NCBI GenBank assembly: GCA_951406725.2
Contig: OX597815.1
Coordinates: forward strand, 170,748,001-170,812,000
Length of the DNA: 64,000 nt
Direction: 5' to 3'
Origin: Octopus vulgaris
Lineage: Eukaryota
How positions within the stretch are numbered: position 1 is the stretch's first letter; every line of letters begins with the position of its first letter. The translations under genes and the position numbers were made by a program. Shown here one piece after another: positions 27,306-39,699 of the stretch. Below the pieces are notes generated by a model that worked only from the letters and a program-made list of their open reading frames with translations, was not told the DNA's origin and made no database searches.

Positions 27306-27508
27306 TTGGTTTCAAATTTTGGCACTAGGCCAGCAATTTTAGGAAGGCGAGTAAGCCGATTACATCGACCTCAGTGCTCAACTGGTGTTTATTTTATCGA
27401 ACCCGAGGAATGAAAGACAAAGTCAACCTCGGCGAAACTGGAACTCAAAATGTAAAAACAAAGAAAATGCTATCAAGTGCTCTGCTAATATTCAACCAGC
27501 TCGCCGCT
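27306..27508 (-). mobile_element. SINE family A (decayed)
   Basis: Shared CGATTACATCGACC..CAAAGTCAACCTCGGCG motifs. Confidence 0.75.
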
Positions 27509-29847
27509 TTTATAAACATATTTACTATTGGAAAAATATTGATACTAGAGCTTTATGTATTACTCATGACAAAATTACATAATGTAATTCTCGATTTTCG
27601 CGTTTGTTGATTAGAAAGTCTGTTTATTTATTCTTTCGTTATGCTTTCATTGCTGAAGTAATAGAGATGCTATTGATGTAATACGTATAAAATAGCAAGT
27701 AAACTCAATGATGATTTTAATATTTAGACTAAAGATGATAAAATATAAATGAATATACTTCATTCTTATCATCATCTCTAGAGTCACAGATAAAAAGAAA
27801 ATGAAAAACAACAGCGAAATACTAAAACGTTGTTATGAATAAACAGAATACCAAGCTGTTTTTAGAAGCTAGTAGATAAAAGTTTCATAATTCCATGAAA
27901 TTTTCTCTTTAGTAACAGTTTTGAAATAGCTTCAGTTTTAATGCTTTGTCTTAGAAATACTTGAATATTTAGTAGATACTGTGTGTGGATTAGTTTCTTT
28001 GCTTACGTTTAGACAATTTTGTATGTATTTTTCATGGCGATATTTGTTTTCCTCTAACTCAGTGTACGAACTGGAATACGAACCTGAAACGACTTACCCA
28101 TAAAAGATCGCGTTTAGGATTTATGCAAGTGTTTAGTATCGTTCGAAAATTAATGTCACCTGTTGTCTTTTAGTTTCATTATATTTTGTTTAAGTGTATA
28201 CGTGAGCACGTACATGCTTTAAAATACATTTTACGATGTTTTTTTCTTCCAATAAGCAGCAAGAGAGAGAGAGAAAGTGAGTGAGAGAGAGAGAGAGAAA
28301 GTGAGAGCAATCGATATACTCATACTAGAAAAAAAATCAATATTTTCTGGTTTCTTCTGCATTATTTCCTTGAATTATGCGATCACTCTCAATCGCTTTC
28401 CAAAACGGTATCGAATACAGTACTTAGTGAGGTCAATGTAATACTTTTATATGGAGTTTCATCATTTTTTCCCTTATTAAAACATAAGCTATTGAGAAAT
28501 TCAATCACATCACGAATGCCTGTTTCTTTACTGCTTTTTTCCCCAGCAACTCAGTTAGAATAGATAGAGCTCATTTAAATCCCAGATATATATATATATT
28601 TGTGTGTGAAAAAGAGAAATGGGATTTGGTCCATTACACTGATTCAAAGTGTACCCAACTAAGTTCACAAAACATTTGTTTATATAGGATCAATATATTT
28701 TTACATACAAGTGCGAAGTCGATAACATATCGAAATCCCATTTCCATAATCATGTCCAAATCCTTTCATGATTTTTGTAGTTTTATCTCCCAGCCTTATA
28801 ACATTTGTGAAATATTCTCTTGAGTGCAGTCGGTTTTTGAGTGTTTAACAGGGTTATATTCTCTTCAAGATGCTTCGCATAGATAGGATTTAGAGTATAT
28901 TACACAGTGATTAAAAGGTACACTTCTTTTCCTCCGCCTTCTTCTCTCTCGCTCCCTCTAGCAATCTATGTAATCAGCTTATACACTTACTCTCACACAT
29001 ATATATACGCGCTTAGACACCTGTAAATATAAACACATATTTAAGTGCACCATACATGCATACACATGTGTGCGTGTGTGCATATAAATGCATATCTGTA
29101 TATATGTATATGCGTATATGTATGCACACACAAACATCTAAATGTATATGTAAATGTGTGTGTTTCTCGATATCAGCATTTTATAATTTCAGCTTTACTT
29201 AAAGACGTCTCAAAATACTTACTATGTAAGTATGCATATATATATGTATCCCCAATTTGTTGTGCCGTTTTCCTAGCAATGCGTGGGAGATGGGACTTTT
29301 ATATAAAACCTGTAGCTCAAATAGTTTCCTGTCAATTTGCCTTCGGTTGTCACTAGCTATTTAACTATGTATATTTAGCGTGTGGAATCCGTGCTGTATG
29401 CAATAAATCACAATAATCTGTGATGTAGATATATTTGATGTGAGATATCTATCGTATGAACACTTTAAATAACCAAGATACATGCATGTTTGTGCGTATA
29501 CATACATACAAACAAACATACAAACAAACATACATTCATACATACACACACAGTTAGATAGATAAATAGATATATACATACATAATATATACATATGTAC
29601 ACTTACACACAAACACACACATACACACACGCGTATATGTATATATATGTGTGTGTGTGTGTGTGCATGTGCGTGGGTGTGTACCTATACATACATACAT
29701 ACATACATTCATACATGTATACATTCATACATGTATGCATACACACATGCAAACATCCGTACATCAACAGCATCGACTGAGGTTTGGTTCTAATCATCTC
29801 GCTATTTGTACGAAAATTCCAAATCATTAAAATGCTGAAGATAACGT

Positions 29848-29890
<43 letters not shown>

Positions 29891-30264
29891 CTCTTAGATA
29901 CATGTATATATACATATTTATTACATATAAATGATCGTGATACTCAAAGAATCTCTGCTAAACGGCAGGATTGAAGTAAAGATTTAATATCAGTTCTAAA
30001 CCCTATAAGTATTCAATTGGGTCATTGAAATACATACAGAACAGAAAAGTGAGAAATTTGTAGATCACCTATGTTCTGAACAGAGAAAAATATAAGTAAG
30101 GTCTTAGGAGTGAATGAAGAGCTAGATAGGTATTCTGGGAGTTCAGCTGTTCCTTATAGGACCTTAGGTTAGCTAGATTAGCTTATTCAAAAGAGACTCA
30201 TAAGAGAAGCACTCATTCTAAAAACAGCACATGTACTACAAGCAAAAGGATGCTGACAATACTG

Positions 30265-30476
30265 ATTTCAAAATTTGACTTCAGGCCCCCAAATTCGGAG
30301 CAAGGGCTAATTCAGTCACACTGACCCAATACTTGAGTGGTGCTTAATTTATCGACCCAGAAATGATGACAGGCAAAATCGACCTCGGCGGAATTTGAAC
30401 TCAGAACGTAAAGAGAGAAGAAATGCCGCTAAGTATTCTGACCGGCGTACAGACGATTCTGCTAGCTCACTGCCTT
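30265..30476 (-). mobile_element. SINE family A
   Basis: TCGACCTCGGCGGAATTTGAACTCAGAACGT. Confidence 0.8.
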
Positions 30477-30752
30477 AAGGATATTAACAATACAGGCAGA
30501 AAAGTGGTTCCCTCGGATTTCTGACGGCTCTACCGTATTCCTCTTACAAAGATTCGCTTTCGCTGGTTAGAAACAAGAGATAGTTAAGTCTTTCAGCAAT
30601 AATAAAGTTATCAATATCTCTAATCATCCACATTAAAACATTTATGATAGAAAGTCGATTGTAGTTTACAAGATATCATCAATAACTGCAGCAGTTGTTC
30701 ACATTTTATAAAATAAAATTGAACATACCATTCACAATATTATGCGTAAGAA

Positions 30753-31150
30753 GGGCGGCGAGCTGGCAGAATCGTTAGAACGCTGGGCGAAATGCTTAGC
30801 GGTATTTCGTCTATCGTTACGTTCTGAGTTCAGATTCCGCCGAGGTCGACTTTGCCTTTCATCTTTTCGGGGTCGATTAAATAAGGACCAGTTACGCACT
30901 GGGGTTGATATAATCGATTTAATCCGTTTGTCTGTCCTTGTTTGTCCCATCTGTGTTTAGCCCCTTGTGTGTAGTAAAGAAATAGGTATTTCGTCTGTTG
31001 TTACGTTCTGAGTTCAAATCCCGCCGAGGACAACTTTGACTTTCATCCTTTCGGGGTCGATAAATTAAGTGCCAGTTGCGTACTTTAGTCGATGTAATCG
31101 ACTGGTCCCCTCCCCCAAAATTTCGGGCCTTGGGCCTAGAGTAGAAAATA
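30753..31150 (+). mobile_element. SINE family A, tandem dimer
   Basis: Full copy followed by a second body unit starting at about 30983. Confidence 0.88.
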
Positions 31151-31545
31151 ATTTTATACGCAAGAAGACTGTCCTGACAGCCTTATCAAAAGAATGCATC
31201 TTTGAATGCATATCAAAAGAATGCAAAACTTTGAAATAAGGAATATTAGTGCAAGATAATAACGACCTGATGCACACAAATAGACCTAATATCTCTTAGT
31301 AATAAAGCAAACTAACCGCATTCTCAAAATATAGTCGATTAATGGAGAACTGGGGGTTTATGAAAGGTTCCAAATATTCGCTACTTTTGTTTCTTGAAAT
31401 TAGCACATACAGAAAATAACTGTAAATGTGGCATACATACACATGCATAAAAAAGTGTCTACACACAATCGTGCACACAAGAGATATGTATTGTAAGAAT
31501 ATCTATAAGCACACTTTCATCACTTATATACATACATACATACAT

Positions 31546-31581
<36 letters not shown>

Positions 31582-31584
<3 letters not shown>

Positions 31585-31757
31585 CGTAGGAGTGGCTGTG
31601 TGGTAAGTAGCTTGCTTACTAACTACATGGTTCCGGATTCAGTCCCATTGCGTGGCACCTTGAGCAAGTGTTTTCTACTATAGCCTCGGGCCGACCACAG
31701 CCTTGTGAGTGGATTTGGTAGACGGAAATTGAAAGAAGCCCGTCGTATATATATATA

Positions 31758-31846
<89 letters not shown>

Positions 31847-32021
31847 TTGTGTGTCTGTGTTTGTCCCCACAACATCGCTTGACAACCGATACCGGTTCGG
31901 CAAAAAAGAGATCGATAGAATAATTACTAGGGTTACAAAGAATAAGTCCTTGGGTCGATGCGCTCGACTAAAGGTGGTGCACCAACATGGCTACAGTCAA
32001 ATGACTGAAACAAGTAAAAGA
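31582..32021 (+). mobile_element. SINE family B with an internal (TA)n(TG)n tract
   Basis: GGCGTAGGAGTGGCTGTGTGGTAAG head, CACCTTGAGCAAGTG core, then a microsatellite and the 3' module (CGCTTGACAACCG..GACTGAAACAAG). Confidence 0.88.
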
Positions 32022-32055
<34 letters not shown>

Positions 32056-32540
32056 GCACTACCTATAATATTAAAAAAAAAGTCACTGGAACTGTCTTGA
32101 CTTAAGCTAAAAAGTATTTCTTGCCGCATTTATGCTGACTGCCATGGATTCTGAGAACTTAAGTATGTTATGCATCCGCACTAGCAAGGAAACGTACATA
32201 AATATAAACATATATACTATATTCAATTCATATTTATTTATTTATTTATTTTTTAGTTATAGAAAAATCAAGTACTGCAAAATATGATTCGAGACTACGT
32301 AATTCAAGTGTTTTAACCTTTCGGATCTCATCAGTGACGTGCGCACTCCAGCTAAAGCCCTTGTCGACCACTATTGGCTGCAAATTTAGAATTTAGAGTC
32401 ACTGAGTTGTCAACAAATGTGTGTGTATGTATGTGTGTGTGTTTATATTACATATATGCATAGTTCGTATTCCAACACACATATACACACGCATGAACGT
32501 GTACACATGCAGTCACACACACACATGCACACATATACGT

Positions 32541-32578
<38 letters not shown>

Positions 32579-33008
32579 ACACATATGTATTATGCATTCA
32601 TTATTAAGATGTTCATTTGAATTCACTGATAACCTCTCGTCACATATCTATTCATTTCCAGGAGACTGTGTTTTTGATTATGCCACACAGAGTTTGTGTT
32701 CTCTTTTCTAGATTGGTTATAAATATCCATCTCCAGCAAATTGAACTTTATATATACGTGGCATCTTGCCTGTTTCACAGATACATTTTCAGCTACTTAA
32801 CATTCGTAGCAAGACATCATATTTTCCATTCATTGTTTTATACATTTATCAAGAAGACAATTCATTAGATAGATAAACCGAAGTTAAGCAACACGAGGAC
32901 AAACGCTAAGTAAAGTGCATTCGGTAACACGGTCGACTAAAAAGACGTTGGTGCTTGATTCATGTACTGACATTATTGTTCTTTCATTTGTATTTCCAAA
33001 TCAAATTA

Positions 33009-33060
<52 letters not shown>

Positions 33061-33303
33061 AGAAAAATCATTTTTGCTAGTTTATTTTGTCTCTCTGTCT
33101 TCTCTCTTAGCGCTACATGAACATTTAATGTGGCTTTAGGCTCAGGGTTTTGACTGCTATTTCAGCGTGGTGGTATCTCTCAGATTCCCTAATTTATAGT
33201 TTTAAATAATACTTACCTTTGTATGGTATTTATTCCCATGTAGGCCACTTGATAAAATCGATACTTAAATATCGATATTATCCTTATTTAGAAATTTATA
33301 TAT

Positions 33304-33361
<58 letters not shown>

Positions 33362-33436
33362 AAATTTTAGGGAATAAATCCAAACTTACAGGGAAAAATC
33401 AGATTTAGGATTGAATCCAATTTTATAGTAAAATAT

Positions 33437-34015
33437 TATATTATATTAAATTAGAGATAGAACCACTATTAGGCAAATCATACAATGAAAAACTTAAGCC
33501 AATACATAAGATTAATTATTTATATTATTTTAAATATATATCAAAATTATTAAAAAAAGATAGTTAGTATAACACTACGATCGTTTCATGGCTGTCCAAT
33601 TCTTAAAATTTCGAGTTACAGTCATTCTTCAGGTGATTTAAATATCTAAAATATAATCAGAAATATTTAAACAATATTTTTAAGATATAAATAATATATA
33701 TATATAATATATATAATATAATAATTTTACTTATAATTATTATATTATATATATATATTATATATATTATTTATATCTTAAAAATATTGTTTAAATATTT
33801 CTGATTATATTTTAGATATTTAAATCACCTGAAAAATGACTGTAATTCGAAATTTTAAGAATTGGACAGCCATGAACATCGTAATGTGTTATACTAATTA
33901 TTTTTTTTTGGTGATTTTGATATATATTTAAAATGATATAAATAATTAATCTTATGTATTGGCTTAAGTTTTTCATTGTATGATTTGCCTAATAGTGGTT
34001 TTATCTCTAATTTAA

Positions 34016-34024
<9 letters not shown>
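33437..34024. repeat. About 590-bp palindrome (two arms of about 290 bp) between (TA)n tracts
   Basis: Arms mirror around about 33730, e.g. CCACTATTAGGCAAATCATACAATGAAAAACTTAAGCC / GGCTTAAGTTTTTCATTGTATGATTTGCCTAATAGTGG. Confidence 0.95.
33573..33635 (-). ncRNA. Type I hammerhead ribozyme (canonical core, minimal stems)
   Basis: Minus strand: CAC-CTGAAGA-ATGACTGT..ACAGCCAT-GAAA-CGATCG-TA-GTG. Palindromic stem III and a GUA cleavage triplet. Confidence 0.75.
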
Positions 34025-34051
<27 letters not shown>

Positions 34052-34808
34052 GTGTGTGTGTGTGTGTCTGTATCTGTGTTTGAACTTGTGTGTGTATGTG
34101 TATGCGTGTGTCTGTATGTATGCGTGTGTGTGTGTGTCTCGGATTGCTCTAGGCTCCGTTGTTAGTCTGAGACAATGAGACAACGATGATTAGGAACATT
34201 ATTCCAGGCGACTGAGGGCAAATGCTCTCCACAAGAGCAAATTAGTTTCTTATTTTGTCATTCTGAAAGATCTCAGAATTCAACAATCCACCTACTGCAC
34301 ATTGTTGAAATTTCATATAAAATGATGCATGTAGATTCCGAAATCACTCACTGACTGTGACTCCAGGATTGAAATGCCCTCTGGTAATGGAAATATGTTT
34401 GTAAACTAAAGGCGAGCTCTTGAACATTTTTCAACATTGAACAGCATGTTTCCTTCAGCTCTATTATTGTTGTTTTGTATTATCATCGTCCGAAACATAA
34501 CATACTTTGGTATGTGTACTAGCATCGGCTATATGTGTAGATAGAAGCGTATCTGTGAGTGTCATGCGTATTAATTAAGTATATGAGGGACGATCGTTAA
34601 TGTATGGAATTTTGATTCTGTTGATTTTCTATAACACGCTTCTGATGTTCAGGTGTAGAACTGATGTGATGTATGGCTATGGTGGTCATCCCAGGTTTAT
34701 TAATGTGGTAACCTTGTGCGTAAGTGAGCTTCAATTTGGCCCGGTTTCATTTGTAACCATGTCAGCTACTGCGCTATCTTTTGTGTCACACTTTATAAAG
34801 TATGGTGG

Positions 34809-35118
34809 AGGCGCGATGGCCCAGTGGTTAGGGCAGCGGACTCGCGGTCGGAGGATCGTGGTTTCGATTCCCAGACATTGTGCGTGTTTATTGAGCGAAA
34901 ACACTTAAAAGCTCCGCGAGGCTCCGGCAGGCGTTAGTGGCAACCCCTGTTGTACTCTTTCACCACAACTTTCTCTCACTCTCTCTTCCTGCTTCTTGAG
35001 TAACGCTGCGATGCACTGGCGTCCAGTCCAGCTGGGGGGGGGGATACGCCACAGAAACCGGGAAACTGGGCCCATGAGCCTGGCTAGGCTTGAAAAGGGC
35101 GACGTTTATCGTTTATCG
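34809..35118 (+). mobile_element. SINE family C, tail type 2, with 16-bp TSD
   Basis: tRNA-like head. TSD TTATAAAGTATGGTGG at 34793-34808 and 35119-35134. (CGTTTAT)2 tail. Confidence 0.92.
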
Positions 35119-35979
35119 TTATAAAGTATGGTGGTCAATAGCTGCAGCTCGCATTCTTCTGCATATTGTCTTTTGGAGGATGCAGATGATATACGTGCGT
35201 CCTCAGAAATTGGTTCCCTTACTTTATTGGTGTTTAGCAGATTATGGATTCTTAGAGTGTATTATTCTACTCCGTATGTTTAATTGGGAGTAATGTTTAC
35301 CTTCATTGATACTCTGACCTAGCTTAGGATGAGCAAACTGCCAGTTTGCTTATATAGCTTCATGTTTGCATATACCTCTTATGTAGGACCTTTGCTTTCG
35401 ACTGTTGCATTTTCACTTTATTTCCTTATAAAAATAAATCACAAACAATCTTATCGATTCCTTCCCATGCTTAAATGTAAGATAACAGAATATCTGAAGA
35501 TATAATAGGATAATCGTTGAATAATGACGAGAAAATATTTCCACCTCGCTTTTTCATCATGTACATCTAAAACTGCTATATAGCGTTCAGTTGAATGATA
35601 ACAGTTCATTGTTAATTTCTCTCTTCTTCTCACGAATGCAAATCTATATTTATTTTGTGGTTGCATTTTATATGATATCCTAAAATCCTATTCAATTAAT
35701 TCTCTTTCTCTAACACTTATCCGTCAACTAACTAGTAATGGCTTCCATCTTTAGGAGCACAACGCATTTATTCTGCCGTAAAAATTTACGTGTGTTCTAT
35801 TTTATTTTACTTTTTAATCATTATTCATTTCAATTGCATTAATTTATGTTGATTGATTCAAAAATAATCATGTATTATTCAAATTATATTCATCTATTCG
35901 TATCTGCTTGAGAAGGTTGAATTAATAATGCTGCTGGGTTGTAACGCAAATAAAATAGTAACTACTGCTGCATGTATAA

Positions 35980-35985
35980 ATAATA

Positions 35986-36017
<32 letters not shown>

Positions 36018-36023
36018 AATAAA

Positions 36024-36079
<56 letters not shown>

Positions 36080-36116
36080 TAACAACAACAACAACAACAA
36101 TGGTAATAATAATAAT
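35980..36116. repeat. (GAT)n(AAT)n(AAC)n compound microsatellite
   Basis: Trinucleotide runs. A further empty (TAA)n lies at 36366-36422. Confidence 0.96.
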
Positions 36117-36364
36117 TTTCATTTTTACTACTAGAGCTCTTACATACAAGTAAACTTTACAAGTCACGTAGAAAAAAGAATGAGAGGGGTCAGAGATATT
36201 ATGCAATATATAAAGAAATGCTAAAAATGCTTGCCTTTCCTACTCTTTCCAGCAACCCCTCATCTCTTCTCACTTTCAATGTCATTCTTTATAGTTGTAA
36301 GAATGGTTATGCCCAGGGGATTTTTTTCCCGGTGTGTTGACGATTCTACTAGCTCGTCGCCTTG

Positions 36365-36422
<58 letters not shown>

Positions 36423-37059
36423 GGCGAAAGAAGAGAAATTTGAGATCGGCAAAAGTCGGTTTCTTTCGACTCCATACTATAGATCATTGATAGATCATTG
36501 AATCGATCTCAGTAAGTTGAAAAGCAAAGTTGACATCATAAAGTATCGTAACTCAATAGAATATGGCATACACTTACACATTCGGAACCCATTGGGTTAT
36601 TATGCATTCCTACACCACCAACCCATACGTCTGTTTGCTTATTGTTTTCACAGCTTAACTGTATGTCATACATCGAGAATAGTCTGCATGTATTGATCAT
36701 CACTTCACAAAATTAATTCAAAATGAACGTTCCTTATTGCCAGCAAGCATATCAACACAAGACGGATTCAGTCCCGTCTCCACAAAAATAACAAAGGATA
36801 GCTGAAAAAAAAAAAAACAAACCGAATTATTCAGACGCAAGTTAAAAGAGGTCTGCATACTTTGAATTTGATGCATAAAAGAAGCACAAAGCATGGAACG
36901 TACAAACCTCTGAAGTTTCGAAAAGAAATAAACCGAAACAGGATACTATAATAGGTTGACCTTTACTTGCGAACTAAACAGAAAAGACGTACATGCACAA
37001 ACGCGCACAAGATGAATACGTTTCTATTAAACATGCGTATTGTACAGCTATATTCTTGA

Positions 37060-37115
<56 letters not shown>

Positions 37116-37253
37116 TTATAACAGAGTCTTGCGAATTTAACGCAGGTTTAAACGAATGTTGCATTCCAAAAGGCAAGTTAACTTACATCGATACAGACAC
37201 ACACACGCACACACCCACACACACACAGACACACCACACCCACACCCACACTA

Positions 37254-37311
<58 letters not shown>

Positions 37312-39268
37312 TCATATTTATTTACATACACATACGTGTGTGTACTTTCTGAAACTACTTTCATTATACATTTTCTGTTATCCGTTTCGCCCATTTTGGC
37401 CACGTCGTTATCAACCGCCTCATCATCATTATCATCATCGCCATCCCCCTCCTCCTCCTCCTCATCATCATCATCATCAACTACATCATCATCTTTTCAA
37501 AAGTCGTGTACGAATATCTATGCCTCCGTCGTGTTCCTGAGATGTCTGTAGCATCTTTTTATGAGGATTTAGAATTATGTTTCTGCAAAACATCAGTTTT
37601 ATTTTTTAAGATATTTCCTTTGCTTATGTTTTATTTGCTTATTTATTTTTGCTGTTAATTTAATGTTTCACCTGCTTGTTGTGCACAGTAAGTCACATTA
37701 ATGTTGCACACTGATATTGTATTGTCATCTGCTTTTATCTTTTGGGTGGTGATTGTAGCTATCACGCACCGGTTTCCACTCTTTTGCTATAGTCGGGTGC
37801 CATGCGCGACGTAAAAATCTGACAACTAAGCATAAACCCAATCGAGCAAATCTTCCAAAATCAGTGACTATTTCCCTATCCTTCCGTACAATCTGAAAGT
37901 TTATCGTAAGCAAAATATCTTTGACAACGTTGTATAGATATTAGCTGTTGTTGTCAACTGCATCAAAGACTATAACAACAGCAATAATCCTAATGGAAAT
38001 ATGGTGGTATATAAGGTAAAATAGGGAGAAGGAAATGATGAATAGGTGCATGACATTAATGTTTGACATAAAAGAATAATGAATTAAAAAGCAGCTATAC
38101 GGAACTACTTATGTTATAAAACCTAGTACCCAATGGAATCCAATAACTATTGGCAAATGTTAAATTCATTTTATATATGTACAAAATCCGACAAAGAAGA
38201 TGTGTGCATATACACTCAAGAATAAAAAATAATTACGACTTTAACTAAAGTTTTTAGAAAAGTTACCAAATAGAAATTTAAAGTACCACTGCAAAAACTG
38301 AGATTTTCGTGATGAATGGTCGTGACATAAGATATAAACTCAATTGATAAGAAATATATTGAAAAAACATAAAGAAACGAAATAACAATAAAATTAAGCG
38401 TGAAGCTGAAAATAAACCAATCAATATTTAGTATACAAACGCACAAATAATTGGAGTGGGATTTACTTGAATCCGAGTGCAGTGTACAAGCTAAATGCTG
38501 CATATCAATTCCGTATTTTATTATACACAGAATATTTTTTGATACGTAGTATTACTTTTCAGATTAATGGCTTGATGAAGCGTTAGACAAAACAACCACC
38601 TTGGGACTCGTACTGCCAAAACCTGAAAATGTATGCTTGTATTGGATACAATCACTCATAAATTCTGGAAAAAACATCATGCATTTATGAATACACTGAG
38701 GTAAAATGTAAATGCATTAAAACATTCATGCATGTGATTGTTTCCTTTTAAGTATGCTCAGAATATAAATTATAAATTGACGATCTTCCCCCCACTACTG
38801 TTTGTGTGTTCATATGTAATATCTAATTTATTTTCAATTGTTTGCCAGCTGTGTTTGAAGCTACCCAATCCTACATTATTTTTCTATTCTCAATTTATCC
38901 TAAAAAATGTATAAATGTAATTTTTAACCTTATTGAGAAAACTAGCGTCATATAATGTTTAGTAGTATGGTCAGAAAGGTTCTTTCGTCAGAAATTTTGT
39001 CTTGCCATTAACGTTCAAATCCTAATATATCACTGCAGTCCACAATAATCTGCCCATAATTTCATGGTCTGTGATGAAGGTATATGACCATGGGGTGGGG
39101 TGTTCAATCATAATTGAAACACATTGTAAAGGAAGGAAAGCAGAAAACATTCTTCAACAACTCTCATGATCATGGTAATGGAAACAGAAATATGACTTGG
39201 AAGCTGGGGACTGTTGGCGATTTTTTCTCATTCTTCCGTCTTTCTCTATGAACTTTCCTGTTTTTCCT

Positions 39269-39303
39269 GTCTCCGACGAAGAGCTATGCTCGAAACGTAA
39301 CAC
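39269..39303 (+). ncRNA. Minimal hammerhead-like motif (variant core, probably a relic)
   Basis: GTCT-CCGACGA-A-GAGC-TAT-GCTC-GAAA-CG-TA-ACAC. One stem I mismatch and an extra A after A9. Confidence 0.5.
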
Positions 39304-39455
39304 AACAACTCTCTTCTTTCACATTGCTTTTGCTACGACCTTGTGATTGTTTTTTATTTTCTTTTTCTTCTTTTTTCTCTGTTTCTCGGATTCACTATAT
39401 ACATATGTGCTTGTGTGTGTGTCTATCTGTCTGTCTCTCTCTCCCTCTTTCTTTC

Positions 39456-39545
<90 letters not shown>

Positions 39546-39558
39546 ATCTATATGTCTG

Positions 39559-39634
<76 letters not shown>

Positions 39635-39667
39635 ATCTATCTATCTATCTGTCTGTTTATCTGTCTA

Positions 39668-39699
<32 letters not shown>

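Noticed and set aside
34581-34800. Mariner-like terminus TATGAGGG.. upstream of the SINE
   Set aside because: No matching second TIR or transposase motif was found.
34809-34875. tRNA gene (also about 24960-25025 and 57140-57205)
   Set aside because: These are tRNA-like heads of SINEs, continuous with the SINE body and TSD. No complete cloverleaf.
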